Assembly: GCA_035264145.1 (NCBI GenBank)
Contig: DATFQP010000098.1
Coordinates: forward strand, 1-51,480
Reading direction: 5' to 3'
DNA from: Propionibacteriaceae bacterium
GTDB taxonomy: Bacteria > Actinomycetota > Actinomycetes > Propionibacteriales > Propionibacteriaceae
Length of the DNA: 51,480 nucleotides
Notes under the pieces: generated by a model
Seen by the model: only the letters and a program-made list of their open reading frames with translations
Database searches by the model: none
What the model was told of the DNA's origin: nothing
Shown: piece after piece, positions 20,475 to 30,618 of the stretch
Layout of the letters: each line of letters starts with the position of its first letter
How positions within the stretch are numbered: position 1 is the stretch's first letter
Position numbers and translations under genes: made by a program

Positions 20475-20959
20475 GCTCACTACCGGATGAGCCGGACGCT
20501 GATCCGGAGGCAATCGCCCATGGCATCGCGCTCCGCAACCTGTCGGTGTCCGCTCGGTCCAGGAGCGAGCTGGAGTCCGTACTGGCGCGCAGACGGGTGC
20601 CGGTCGACGCCGCAAGTCGCGTTCTCGACCGGCTACAGCAGGCAGGGCTGATCGACGACCAGCGATTCGCGCGGGATTGGGTGGAGTCTCGGCAGGCTCG
20701 ACGCCAGCTGTCCCGATCAGCGCTGCAGTATGAGCTTCAGGCCAAAGGGGTGGCTCGCGAGTTCATCGATCTTGCGCTGGAGGGGGTCGATCGCGAGGAC
20801 GAGCTGCGAGCCGCTCGCGGTTTGGCCGGCAAGAAGTTGCGCGCCGTGGCGGATCTGCCCCGCGAAGTTCAACGCCGGCGGGTGGCTGCAGCGCTGGCTC
20901 GGCGCGGCTTCAGCTCCGACATTGTCAGTCGGGTCTTGGCCGATCTGATCGGCGGGTGA
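20471..20959 (+). CDS. recX: Regulatory protein RecX, probable CTG start overlapping the recA stop
   Basis: [23 protein letters not shown] and LARRGF. Frame is open upstream of GTG 20546 through [18 protein letters not shown] to CTG 20471. Confidence 0.9.
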   Translation: MSSLPDEPDADPEAIAHGIALRNLSVSARSRSELESVLARRRVPVDAASRVLDRLQQAGLIDDQRFARDWVESRQARRQLSRSALQYELQAKGVAREFIDLALEGVDREDELRAARGLAGKKLRAVADLPREVQRRRVAAALARRGFSSDIVSRVLADLIGG

Positions 20960-21248
20960 AGGTGCAGGCGGCTTTGGTTCACACGCCGGAGGCCGGGCTG
21001 GTGAGTCCTTGACCAGCGGCTTTGGGCGGACATACTCTTCAGGCAGAGGAGCTCAGCAACGCCCGTTTTGATATGAAATCTTTCCCGGCCAGCCCCCTGG
21101 TCAGGAAATTTGCTCGATGCCATGCCTGATAGTCGCCTTGGAAGAGGCTTATTCGATCCTATTCGTCGTTCGATCGGACGCCGCCCTTTCCGGTACGTGC
21201 GCTGCTGCGCCCTCTGACGTCCACGCGTGAGCGTGTAGAGAGAAGTGG

Positions 21249-22877
21249 GTGATTGATGTGAGCGTATTTGAAGTGCTGGTGCTGATCGGTCTTGTTCTGC
21301 TTGTTGTTGCCTTGGGCGTCACTGCGTTTGTCGTTGTTCGTCGTCCTCGAAAGTCATCGCCGGAATCCTCGACCTCGCCCTTGACTACCGCCCCGCAGGT
21401 GGCCGAGGGCGAAGCTCAAACAGTCGGTTCCAGTCAACAAACGGGCGGGGCTGCCGGCGACCGGTCGTCCGATGACCTCACCGCTCGAGCGACGGCCCTG
21501 ATGGCCTCAGCAGAGGACACTCGAGCGGAGGCTGAGGAGGAGGCACGAGCTCGACGCGCCGAGATGCGGGAACAGCGGGCGGATCTGGAGCGCCGCGAGC
21601 AGCGCCTGAGCGATCGCGAGGAGCGTCTCGACTCCGATATCCGGACGCTGGAGGAGCGCACCAGGCAGCTCGATGAGCTGAAGGGAGATCTCAAAGCTCA
21701 ACGCAAGAAGCTGGCCGATGCCGCCAGCCAGCATCAGGCGGCACTTGAGCGGGTGGCCGGCCTGACGGCGGAGCAAGCCAAGGCAGAACTCATCGCGGCC
21801 GTCGAGCACGACGCGAAGCGACAGGCCGTGTTGGTGGCCCGGGACATTGAGCGTCAGGCGGTCCGCGATGCCGAAGGCCGTGCGCAGATGATCGTGGTCG
21901 GCGCGATTCAGCGGATCGCCTCGGAGCAGACCTCTGAGTCAGTCGTGTCCGCGGTACATCTGCCGGGTGACGACATGAAGGGCAGGATCATCGGTCGGGA
22001 AGGCCGCAACATCCGAGCGTTCGAGCAGGTTACCGGTGTCAACGTGATGATCGACGACACACCTGAGTCGGTATTGCTCTCCTGCTTCGATCCCGTTCGT
22101 CGAGAAACCGCTCGAATGACCTTGATGGAGCTTGTCAAAGACGGGCGCATCCACCCGGCGCGGATCGAAGAGGTGCACGAGCGCAGCAAGAACTCGATCT
22201 CCGAACAATGCCTCCGAGCTGCCGAGGACGCCCTGGCCGAGGTCGGCATCTCGGATCTCCATCCAGCCCTGGTGCCGATTGTTGGCACGCTGAGATATCG
22301 GACCTCATATGGCCAGAATGTCCTCAAGCATCTCATTGAGAGCGCCCACCTCGCCGGTCTGATGGCCGCTGAACTGGGCCTCAACATCGCGCACTGCAAG
22401 CGGGCGGCCTTCCTGCACGACATCGGCAAGGCGCTGACCCATGAGGTGGAAGGCTCACACGCGATCATCGGAGCGGATCTGGCGCGTAGGTATGGCGAAC
22501 ACCCTGATGTCGTTCATGCGATCGAGGCTCACCACAATGAAGTCGAAGTCCGCACCGTCGAGGCGGTACTCACCCAGGCCGCCGATGCGATCAGCGGGGG
22601 CAGGCCGGGAGCCCGGCGGGAAAGCATCGAGGCCTACGTGCAACGGCTAGAGCGCCTGGAGGAGATCGCGGGTGCCCGGGACGGCGTCGAGAAAGTGTTC
22701 GCGATGCAGGCCGGTCGGGAGGTTCGCGTCATGGTGGCGCCCGACGTGGTGGATGACATCGCGGCCCAGGTCCTGGCGCGCGACATCGTCAAACAGATCG
22801 AAGAGGAACTGACCTATCCGGGCCAGATCAAAGTGACGGTGGTCCGCGAGTCCAGGGCTACCGAGACGGCGCGGTAG
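21249..22877 (+). CDS. rny: Ribonuclease Y
   Basis: N-terminal TM, coiled coil, KH domain (MKGRIIGREGRNIR) and HD domain (LHDIGK, HH, ADAISG.RPGARRE). Confidence 0.97.
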   Translation: MIDVSVFEVLVLIGLVLLVVALGVTAFVVVRRPRKSSPESSTSPLTTAPQVAEGEAQTVGSSQQTGGAAGDRSSDDLTARATALMASAEDTRAEAEEEARARRAEMREQRADLERREQRLSDREERLDSDIRTLEERTRQLDELKGDLKAQRKKLADAASQHQAALERVAGLTAEQAKAELIAAVEHDAKRQAVLVARDIERQAVRDAEGRAQMIVVGAIQRIASEQTSESVVSAVHLPGDDMKGRIIGREGRNIRAFEQVTGVNVMIDDTPESVLLSCFDPVRRETARMTLMELVKDGRIHPARIEEVHERSKNSISEQCLRAAEDALAEVGISDLHPALVPIVGTLRYRTSYGQNVLKHLIESAHLAGLMAAELGLNIAHCKRAAFLHDIGKALTHEVEGSHAIIGADLARRYGEHPDVVHAIEAHHNEVEVRTVEAVLTQAADAISGGRPGARRESIEAYVQRLERLEEIAGARDGVEKVFAMQAGREVRVMVAPDVVDDIAAQVLARDIVKQIEEELTYPGQIKVTVVRESRATETAR

Positions 22878-23760
22878 CCTCCGCGGCGGCCGGCATCATC
22901 GCCGGGTTCAGCATAGGATCCTCCGGCGGCGGCTTGGTACCACGCCTGCTTCTCTGCAGGCGACGTTCCAGCCGCCGAGCCACCAACGTCAGCGTGTAGT
23001 TCACGACGATGAAAATCACCGCGATGACTAGAAACGTCGGGATCAGGTTTCCTTTCGAGGACGCTAGCGTCTGCCCACTCCGAATCAGTTCCTCGTAGAG
23101 GATGAGGAAGCCAAGGGCCGAGTCCTTCAGGATCACCACGAGCTGGCTGATAATCGAGGGCAGCATCAAGGTGATGGCCTGGGGTAGCAGGATGTGCCAG
23201 AGCGTGCTGAACGGTGTCAGGCCGATGGCCAGCCCGGCTTCGCGTTGACCCTGGGGCAGCGAGCCGACGCCCGAACGGATCAGTTCGGCGATGACGCTGG
23301 CGTTGTAGAAGGTGAGCCCCGCCACCACCCCGTAGAGGGAGAGGTTGTCACCACTGATCTGAAAGCCGAAGAGGAATAGGTAGTAGGCGAAGAGCATCAT
23401 CATCAGCACGGGGACTGCCCGGAAGAATTCGACGAATACTCCGCACGCCCCTCGTATCGGTCGCACGTTGGACAGCCGTCCCATGCCGAGCGCGATACCG
23501 AACACGAGGCCGAGAATGACGGCGTAGAAGGCGGCGATCAACGTGCCTTTCAGCCCCGGCAGTAGGTATGAGGTCCAGGTAACGGGGTCGAGAAATGGCT
23601 CCCACTTTGCGGCGCTGAGCTGGTCCTTCGCCGCGAGTTCCCGAATCAACACCAGCAGCAGTGCGGCGATGGCCAAGGCACCGACGACCGTCAGCACCCA
23701 ATGTCGCAGCCGAGCCTTCGGGCCTGGCGCGTCGAACAGGATGCTCGTCACGGCGCTCAT
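22858..23760 (-). CDS. gluD: Glutamate ABC transporter permease
   Basis: MSAVTSILFDAPGP start with ATGA overlap to gluC; EFFRAVP, AELIRSG..SLP.GQ.EA and LKDSAL. Confidence 0.9.
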   Translation of the reverse strand: MSAVTSILFDAPGPKARLRHWVLTVVGALAIAALLLVLIRELAAKDQLSAAKWEPFLDPVTWTSYLLPGLKGTLIAAFYAVILGLVFGIALGMGRLSNVRPIRGACGVFVEFFRAVPVLMMMLFAYYLFLFGFQISGDNLSLYGVVAGLTFYNASVIAELIRSGVGSLPQGQREAGLAIGLTPFSTLWHILLPQAITLMLPSIISQLVVILKDSALGFLILYEELIRSGQTLASSKGNLIPTFLVIAVIFIVVNYTLTLVARRLERRLQRSRRGTKPPPEDPMLNPAMMPAAAEATAPSR

Positions 23761-24449
23761 CGCCGTACCGCCAGTCGCCGGGACAGATTGGTGAACAGAA
23801 CGCCGATGGGCAAGGTCAGGACCACGAAGCCAGTAGCCATGATCGCGAAGATGACATAGATCAGGTCCGCTCGGAACTCGATCATGCCCTTCATCAGGTA
23901 CGAGGCCTCCGCCACGCCGATAGTGGCCACCACCGTTGTGTTCTTGATCAACGCGATGAGCACATTGCCCAGTGGGGCGATAGCGCCGCGGAATGCCTGC
24001 GGTAGGACAACGTTGGTCAGGCTCGCGCCGAAGCCCAGACCGATGGCGCGGGCTGCCTCCGCCTGGCCTTGGGGCACCGTGTTGACGCCGCTGCGCAGAG
24101 CCTCGGCGACGAACGCGGCGTGATAGATCGCCAGCCCCAAGACTCCCCAACGGAAGTTCTGCACATCGATCGGCGAATCCTCCGGGCCCAGCCGGTACCC
24201 GAGAGTGATGTATAGGCCGAAGGCGCAGAAGAAAACGATCAAGGTGAGCGGAGTGTTGCGGACCAGCGTGACATAGGCGGTGCCCGCCGCCCGCAAGACA
24301 TTGATCGGTGACACCCGCATGATCGCGACCACGGTGCCGATCAGCAGAGCGCCAATCGCTGCGACAACCGTGAGCTTGATCGTCATCCAAAACGCCCCGA
24401 GGACGTCGTACTCCGCCAGCAGCTCACGGAGACCTTCGATCACAACCAC
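23757..24449 (-). CDS. gluC: Glutamate ABC transporter permease
   Basis: YVTLVRNTPL, EALRSGVNTVPQGQAEAARAIGL and LIKNT. Confidence 0.9.
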   Translation of the reverse strand: MVVIEGLRELLAEYDVLGAFWMTIKLTVVAAIGALLIGTVVAIMRVSPINVLRAAGTAYVTLVRNTPLTLIVFFCAFGLYITLGYRLGPEDSPIDVQNFRWGVLGLAIYHAAFVAEALRSGVNTVPQGQAEAARAIGLGFGASLTNVVLPQAFRGAIAPLGNVLIALIKNTTVVATIGVAEASYLMKGMIEFRADLIYVIFAIMATGFVVLTLPIGVLFTNLSRRLAVRR

Positions 24450-24483
24450 TCACCTCCCAACGGGAGAAAGGACGCCCTGGCCG

Positions 24484-25329
24484 TTATGAGCAGGGCTCAG
24501 GCTTCGGCGGGTTGGTCTTGGTGTCCACTTTGAAACCAGAGGGACCGACGTTGTCATCAATGGCCTTCTGCCAGGAGCCGTCGGAGACCATCTTCTGTAG
24601 GGCGGCGTTCACCTTCTCGCACGTCGCGGTGTCGCCCTTCTTCAAGCCGACGCCGTACTTCTCGGTCGAGAACGGCTTACCGACAACCTTGAGCTTGCCC
24701 TCGTACTGCGGCTGGGCGGCGAAGCCCGCGAGAATGACGTTGTCTGTCGTGACAGCGTCGACGCTGCCGCCGACGAGCGCCTCCACGCACTTGCTGTAGG
24801 TGTCCTGCTCGAACAGCTTCACTGAGGTTGCGTACTTCTTCTTGATGTTCTCCGCCGGGGTGGAGCCGGTCACTGAGCACAGGGTCTTGCCGTTCATGGT
24901 GTCCGGACCAGTGATGTCTGTGTTGTCGGAGCGGACCAGAAGGTCCTGTCCCGCAACGAAGTAAGGCCCGGCGAAGGAGACCTTCTGCTTTCGTTCGTCG
25001 GTGATCGAGTAGGTAGCGAAGATCAGCGAGACCTGGCCGCCCTGAATCGCTGTTTCCCGTTGTGCAGACGGGGTCTCCTTGAAGACCACCTTGTCGCCTT
25101 CGTATCCCAGCTCTTTGGCCACGTACTTGGCGACGTCCACGTCAAGGCCCTTGAAGGTATCTCCCTCCTTTTGGCCCAGACCCGGCTGGTCGTACTTGAT
25201 GCCGATGGTGATGCTCTGGTTCTCGGCCGAGCCGCCCGCGCCACCGCCGGAGTCGCCCCCGCATCCGGCGGTCACAAGCGCCACGGCCGCACCGACGACC
25301 ACGGCGAGAGATCGAGTACCGATGTTCAC
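24484..25329 (-). CDS. gluB: Glutamate ABC transporter substrate-binding lipoprotein
   Basis: Lipobox TAGC; IGIKYDQPGLG, ATYSITDERK, AGPYFVAGQ and AVTTDNVIL. Confidence 0.92.
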   Translation of the reverse strand: MNIGTRSLAVVVGAAVALVTAGCGGDSGGGAGGSAENQSITIGIKYDQPGLGQKEGDTFKGLDVDVAKYVAKELGYEGDKVVFKETPSAQRETAIQGGQVSLIFATYSITDERKQKVSFAGPYFVAGQDLLVRSDNTDITGPDTMNGKTLCSVTGSTPAENIKKKYATSVKLFEQDTYSKCVEALVGGSVDAVTTDNVILAGFAAQPQYEGKLKVVGKPFSTEKYGVGLKKGDTATCEKVNAALQKMVSDGSWQKAIDDNVGPSGFKVDTKTNPPKPEPCS

Positions 25330-25387
25330 TGCTACCTCCGATAGATTCCGGCCGTGCGGCCGATTTGGACCAGCGTCCTGGTGAGCG

Positions 25388-26173
25388 CTAGTGCGGCAAG
25401 ATCTTGCTCAGGAAGTCCTTTGCGCGCGAGGTCTGCGCATTCGTGAAGAAGGCGTTCGGAGCTGCCTCCTCGACGATCTGTCCTTCGTCCATGAAGACGA
25501 CCCGGTTGGCCGCCTTGCGAGCGAATCCCATCTCGTGTGTCACGACGATCATGGTCATTCCTTGACGAGCCAGCGTGATCATCACGTCTAACACCTCGTT
25601 GACCATCTCCGGGTCCAATGCTGACGTCGGCTCGTCGAACAAGATCACTTTTGGTTCCATCGCCAGCGCTCGAGCGATGGCGACCCGTTGCTGTTGCCCG
25701 CCGGAGAGCTGAGCAGGGTATTTGTCGGCCTGAGACTCCACGCCGACGCGAGTCAGTAATTCCAGCCCTCGCTTTCGAGCCTCGGCGGACGACAGTTTGC
25801 GCACCTTCATCGGACCGAGGGTCACGTTCTGCAGGACGGTCTTGTGAGAGAAGAGATTGAACGATTGAAAGACCATTCCTACATCAGCGCGAAGACTGGC
25901 GAGTGCCTTCCCTTCCTCGGGCAACTCCTTGCCGTCCACGGTGATCGTTCCGGATTGTATGGTCTCGAGCCGGTTGATGGCTCGGCACAGGGTGGATTTG
26001 CCGGAGCCCGAAGGCCCGAGCACCACAACGACTTCACCGGAGTGTACGGTCAGGTTGATCTTCTGCAGGGCGTGATGATCACCGAAGTATTTCTCGACGT
26101 CGGTCAACACCACCAGCGGCCCACCGATATGAGTGGCGACTGGCGAAGACGCGGCGGTCGCCGAATCGTCCAT
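25388..26173 (-). CDS. gluA: Amino acid ABC transporter ATP-binding protein
   Basis: [34 protein letters not shown] and VTHEMGFA. Confidence 0.94.
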   Translation of the reverse strand: MDDSATAASSPVATHIGGPLVVLTDVEKYFGDHHALQKINLTVHSGEVVVVLGPSGSGKSTLCRAINRLETIQSGTITVDGKELPEEGKALASLRADVGMVFQSFNLFSHKTVLQNVTLGPMKVRKLSSAEARKRGLELLTRVGVESQADKYPAQLSGGQQQRVAIARALAMEPKVILFDEPTSALDPEMVNEVLDVMITLARQGMTMIVVTHEMGFARKAANRVVFMDEGQIVEEAAPNAFFTNAQTSRAKDFLSKILPH

Positions 26174-26266
26174 GGGCCGAGGCTAGACGACCCCGGTTGA
26201 GAATGTCGGGACTTCGTGTTGAGATTCGGTTACGTGTTGGGCCGCGGCGGTGGCCGTTTTGAGCGA

Positions 26267-27169
26267 CTATCTGGTACCGATCCCCCAGGTCAGGCTGAGA
26301 GTTTCATCGGGCTGGAGCACCAGCAGGTCGTCGTGCGTGGGGCCAGGATTGAACGCATCGGGTCCACAGGTCATCGGCTCGACCGCGACTGAGATGTTGC
26401 GATGAGGGCCGCCGGTGAAGATTTGGGTCCACCGCATCTGCTCGTCACCCCACACGTAGGTGCAGCGGTCGTCCAGCCGGACGCTCACCTCCCAACGACC
26501 GTCTGCTCCCCGGCTCAAATCGGTGAACGCGGTGTCGAGGATCGCATCGTCAATGCGGCGTGCCGTGCGCCAGTCAAGCTCGGTTCCGTTCACCGATTGC
26601 AGCTCAGTCGGAAGCAGCCGGTCGTCAACCAACAGATAGCGGTCCGCCGGCACCTCGAGGAGGACCTCATCCACCACTCGTTCACCGACGGTCAGGTACG
26701 GGTGGGCGCCGTAACCGAACGGGATGGCGTTGTCGCCGAGATTGACTGCCTCCACCTCGACGGTGACACCCCCGGCATCGACGCGATAAGTGACCTGAGC
26801 CTGCAGTGTTCCCGGCCACCCGGGTTGGGGATAGATCACCAGCTGCAAGGTCACGGCGTCGTCTTGGTGGTCCAGCAGGCGCCAGGGCACGTAACGAGCG
26901 AGGCCGTGGGTGGCGTTGTGGCGCGCGGGCTCGGTTAAGGCCAGCTGCTGCGGCTTTCCGTCGAACTCATAGCTACCATCCCGGATCCGGTTCGGCCACG
27001 GCAGAAGCTGCTGTCCGCGGCCGCCGCTGGGGGACTTGTCAGCTGAAAAGCCGTGGACGATGTCGCGGCCGCCGATCTGCACGCTTCGCAGGGTGGCACC
27101 CAACTCCGTGATCACGACTGCGCAGTCCTCCGAGCGGATCTCGTATTGGGCGCCGGTGGGGAAGACCAC
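26267..27169 (-). CDS. Aldose 1-epimerase family protein
   Basis: LLPWPNRIRDG, HGL, GAHPYL, LDTAFTDL and AVEPMT motifs. Confidence 0.9.
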   Translation of the reverse strand: MVFPTGAQYEIRSEDCAVVITELGATLRSVQIGGRDIVHGFSADKSPSGGRGQQLLPWPNRIRDGSYEFDGKPQQLALTEPARHNATHGLARYVPWRLLDHQDDAVTLQLVIYPQPGWPGTLQAQVTYRVDAGGVTVEVEAVNLGDNAIPFGYGAHPYLTVGERVVDEVLLEVPADRYLLVDDRLLPTELQSVNGTELDWRTARRIDDAILDTAFTDLSRGADGRWEVSVRLDDRCTYVWGDEQMRWTQIFTGGPHRNISVAVEPMTCGPDAFNPGPTHDDLLVLQPDETLSLTWGIGTR

Positions 27170-27580
27170 GATCGCACTCTAGCGGGGTGCGGTCAGGCCC
27201 GGAACGAAGCTCCCACGGGCGAGAGATTTCTGCGTGCCCATCGTCCGCTTCCGCTCACCGGTCTTGCGCAGGAGTCGGAGCGGTGGTCGGCCATTCGCGG
27301 ACCAAGTGGCAGCTTTGCCTCGCGGTGGGTGGCGGCAGTCTCGATCTGATGGTCTGTGGGACTTCGTCGCTGATCGTGCAGCTGGCGTACACGCTGGCCG
27401 GAGCACTCAGGCAAACCATGATCGCCGGTCACAGAAAAGAGAACTTCACAACGAACGCCAGGGTTAGTCAGGATATAAGCGGCGCCCGACGCAGCCTCAA
27501 GCGCAGGCTCGGCTGAGCCCTGTGACGGTGGCGGCCGGTGCCCCGACTCGTCACATGCTCAAGCAGGCAACGCTACGGAG

Positions 27581-28732
27581 GTGCTCGTGTTGAATTCGAC
27601 CGTGGGGCTGATGGCGTCGCCTATCAGACTCGCATGCGTGTGGATTTCGGTCACTCTTGCGACCGTGGCCTGCGGTTCTGTAGCAGTTGAATCGCCGCCC
27701 ACCGCTCCGCAGTCGCTACCGGGCTCCGACACCGCTTCGCAGTCGCCGCCGAACTCGAAGGCCACCACGTCGCAGTCGTCGCCGAGATCCAAGGTCACCG
27801 CGCCTGACCGGCCTTCGGTGCAGCAACTGTCCGGTCAGGTGAGCGATGCCAGGGCTCTAAAGCACCTTCGGGCATTGCAGAAAATCGCCGACGAGCACGG
27901 CGGCAACCGGGCGGCCGGGACCCCTGGCTACGACGCCAGCGTTGAGTACGTAGTCGGTGTGCTGCGCGACGCGGGGTTCGAGGCTAGCACCCCCACCTAT
28001 GATGTGTCCGGAGAGGACGGCGATGGCGCGAGCGGCTCCGGGCGCAACGTCATCGCGCAAACCCGCACCGGAGACCCCGGCCAAGTCGTGATGATCGGGG
28101 CCCACCTCGACTCGGTCACCGACGGCCCGGGCATCGTCGATGACGGCTCCGGCGTGGCAACCCTGCTGGAGATCGCCACCCAGCTCCGCTCCGACCCGTC
28201 GGTACAGAACACGGTGCGATTCGCGTTCTTCGGCCATGAGGAGGACGACGGCCAGGGCTCAACCGGCTACGTGGAGGGCCTGTCCGCCGACGACCGCAAC
28301 AAGATCAAACTGTATCTGAACGTGGACATGGTAGCCTCCCCCAACGGCGGTTACCTCGTCCAGGGCGGCAAAGGCAGCGACGAAGAGGAAGCAGGCCCTC
28401 CGGGGTCGGCCACGATCGCGGGGGTGCTCGCCGACCAGCTGGCAAAGACCGGCGTGACCAACCCGGAGATCATCGAGTTCGTCGGTGACGACGAAGCACC
28501 GTTCATCGAGGCTGGCATCCCGGTAGGCGGAGCTGAGAACGGTGACGAAGAGGAGAAGACGCGCAGCCAGGCAACAGCATGGGGGGGACAGGCCGGCGAA
28601 GTCTATGACCGCTGCTTCCACGAGGCTTGTGACCGCATCGACAACGTCAACCGGGATGTGCTCGATCACTACCTGCGGGCAATTGCCGGCACGGTCGCCC
28701 ACTTCGCCACATCCACTGACCAACTGCGCTGA
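27581..28732 (+). CDS. M28-family metallo-aminopeptidase, predicted lipoprotein, no PA domain
   Basis: Lipobox TVAC; S/T/P-rich linker; NRAAGTPGYDAS, GAHLDSV, DDGSG, HEE, YLNVDM and CFHEACD. Confidence 0.88.
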   Translation: MLVLNSTVGLMASPIRLACVWISVTLATVACGSVAVESPPTAPQSLPGSDTASQSPPNSKATTSQSSPRSKVTAPDRPSVQQLSGQVSDARALKHLRALQKIADEHGGNRAAGTPGYDASVEYVVGVLRDAGFEASTPTYDVSGEDGDGASGSGRNVIAQTRTGDPGQVVMIGAHLDSVTDGPGIVDDGSGVATLLEIATQLRSDPSVQNTVRFAFFGHEEDDGQGSTGYVEGLSADDRNKIKLYLNVDMVASPNGGYLVQGGKGSDEEEAGPPGSATIAGVLADQLAKTGVTNPEIIEFVGDDEAPFIEAGIPVGGAENGDEEEKTRSQATAWGGQAGEVYDRCFHEACDRIDNVNRDVLDHYLRAIAGTVAHFATSTDQLR

Positions 28733-28827
28733 CTCAACGGCCCGGCTGCTCCCGGAGCGCTCGGGCTCGGTTCCTCAGCGCTGGGGCCGGCAGGCTCCAC
28801 CCCCGCCCACTGGCCCGAGGCAGCGGT

Positions 28828-29487
28828 TCACGCTGAGCCCACGACGACAGCAGTCACAAAGATCCCTTGCTGCCGGATCCAGCGTCCGTGAAGGCAGCGG
28901 ACCTGGCGGCCCTTGACTATCAGACCATCGCGTGACAGCACGGCCGCGAAGGTCCCGTCCTTCGGGTCGAAGGCGATCTCGGCTTCCTGGGCGTCGAGCC
29001 ACTCCCCGACTAGAGGGAACCATGCTTTGTACAGTGCCTCCTTGGCGCTGAACAGCAACCGGTCCCAGCTCGGGCTGTCACGCTCCAGCTGAGTCATGGC
29101 AAGGCGATCCCGCTCAGCAGGTGTCGCTACAAGGTCCAGGACGCCATCGGGAAGCGGTGCGTCGGGCTCGGCGTCGATGCCGATGGCGGATACCCGTGAG
29201 ACGAGACCGACTGCGGCGGCGGCATAACCGGCGCAGTGAGTCATGCTGCCCAGCACCCCGGCCGGCCACGTCGGTGCACCGCCGACGCCAGGCAGAATCG
29301 GAGCCGGCGCGTAACCCAGCCGCCCCAGGCATGCTCGCGCACAGCTCCTCACCGCGGCGAACTCACGCCGTCGTGCCGCTACGGCCTGAGCAATGATCTC
29401 CTTCTCCTCCGGGAAGAGGACCCCGCCGGGTCCCTCGCCGAAGCACTCCTCGCTCTCCACGTCAGCCGGGAGGATCATCCCCAGCAT
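28828..29487 (-). CDS. 4'-phosphopantetheinyl transferase (EntD/Sfp type)
   Basis: RRREF...R.CAR, GSMTHC, IGIDAE and FSAKEALYKAW; start uncertain (29478, 29487 or 29535). Confidence 0.93.
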   Translation of the reverse strand: MLGMILPADVESEECFGEGPGGVLFPEEKEIIAQAVAARRREFAAVRSCARACLGRLGYAPAPILPGVGGAPTWPAGVLGSMTHCAGYAAAAVGLVSRVSAIGIDAEPDAPLPDGVLDLVATPAERDRLAMTQLERDSPSWDRLLFSAKEALYKAWFPLVGEWLDAQEAEIAFDPKDGTFAAVLSRDGLIVKGRQVRCLHGRWIRQQGIFVTAVVVGSA

Positions 29488-29547
29488 GATGCCGACCAAG
29501 GGTGAAGTGCCTGCACCTTTGCCTCGTCTCGGCAACAGCGCTTCTGC

Positions 29548-30618
29548 TCAGCCGTACCGGCGCAGCTCATGGAAGAAGTCGTCGATGACGTGCAAGTCGC
29601 CGGATGAAACCACCCTGTCGTAGACGTACTTACCGACCACCAGGTCAAGCACTCCGAGGCCGAAGGGTGAGAAGACCAACGGCCGATCCGCCGGCACGGT
29701 CACCCGTTCGGCCATCACGTCGTCCAACGTGCCGAGCAGGAAGTCCCGGTTGCCCGTGAGCTGCTCGGCCAGATGCGGTGACGTGTTGGCCTTCAGGCAG
29801 TGCTCTATGTCGTCGACGACGTTGGTCGAGGCGAGCAGAATCTCTGGCGCGAGGTCGCGCAGCGACACGTGCAAAACCAACGGATTGTGTTCAAACCATG
29901 ACAGGTCCGTGACATGTGGCTGAGCGGCGACGGTGGCGAAGACGATCAGGTCGCTGGAACGGATCAACCTTTCGGCGCTGTCGTGCACGGTGATTCGGCC
30001 GGCGGTGCCCGACTGTTCAAGATAGCCGCGGAAGCCCGCGGCGCTGGCTGCGGACAGGTCGTGCATGCCTATCTCGTCGAACGACCAACCGGTGCCAGCC
30101 AGGAACGTGTGGATGTAGCGCGCTATCAGGCCCACCCCGACGAACCCCACACGGGCCGGTCGGCCGCGGTCCCCGCTGAGCCGGTCAGCGGCTAATACCG
30201 CCGATGCGGCCGTTCTGGTGGCACTGACGATCGATGCCTCCAGGCAGGCGAACGGGTACCCGGTGTCGGGGTCGTTGAGGATCAGCACTCCAGATGCCCT
30301 CGGGACGCCGGCGGCCACGTTCTCCGGGAAACTGGAAATCCACTTGAGGCCGTCCACACGCATCTGCCCGCCGATGGAGGCCGGCAGCGCGATGATCCGG
30401 GCCGCAGGGCGATCGGGGAATCGCAGGAAGTATGACGGCGGGTTCACTGATGCTCCGGCGCCGTGCAGCCGGTACGTGGTCTCGACCAACTCCACGATCT
30501 CCTTCTCGCGGCCCTCCAGCACGCGCTGGACCTGGGCGCCGGAGATCACCGCGAACCGTGGCACCGGTGGTCGCTCGGCCCACTCCCGCGATGTCGCAGC
30601 GGAACGCATAGTGGTCAT
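29548..30618 (-). CDS. sbnB: SbnB-family 2,3-diaminopropionate biosynthesis protein (ornithine cyclodeaminase fold)
   Basis: NPPSYFLRFPDRP..RIIALPA, GLKWISSFPEN, SATRTAASA, HVSLRD and FSPFGLGVLD. Confidence 0.92.
   Translation of the reverse strand: MTTMRSAATSREWAERPPVPRFAVISGAQVQRVLEGREKEIVELVETTYRLHGAGASVNPPSYFLRFPDRPAARIIALPASIGGQMRVDGLKWISSFPENVAAGVPRASGVLILNDPDTGYPFACLEASIVSATRTAASAVLAADRLSGDRGRPARVGFVGVGLIARYIHTFLAGTGWSFDEIGMHDLSAASAAGFRGYLEQSGTAGRITVHDSAERLIRSSDLIVFATVAAQPHVTDLSWFEHNPLVLHVSLRDLAPEILLASTNVVDDIEHCLKANTSPHLAEQLTGNRDFLLGTLDDVMAERVTVPADRPLVFSPFGLGVLDLVVGKYVYDRVVSSGDLHVIDDFFHELRRYG

Noticed and set aside
23761-24390. 510-aa version of gluD given in the ORF track
   Set aside because: The N-terminal ~210 aa is an alternative frame over gluC; the real start is ATG 23760 with ATGA coupling.
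27708-27800. Three CGCAGTCG-led repeats spaced 30-33 nt, superficially array-like
   Set aside because: They are in-frame repeats encoding the QS.P.S low-complexity linker of the M28 lipoprotein; too short and degenerate for CRISPR.
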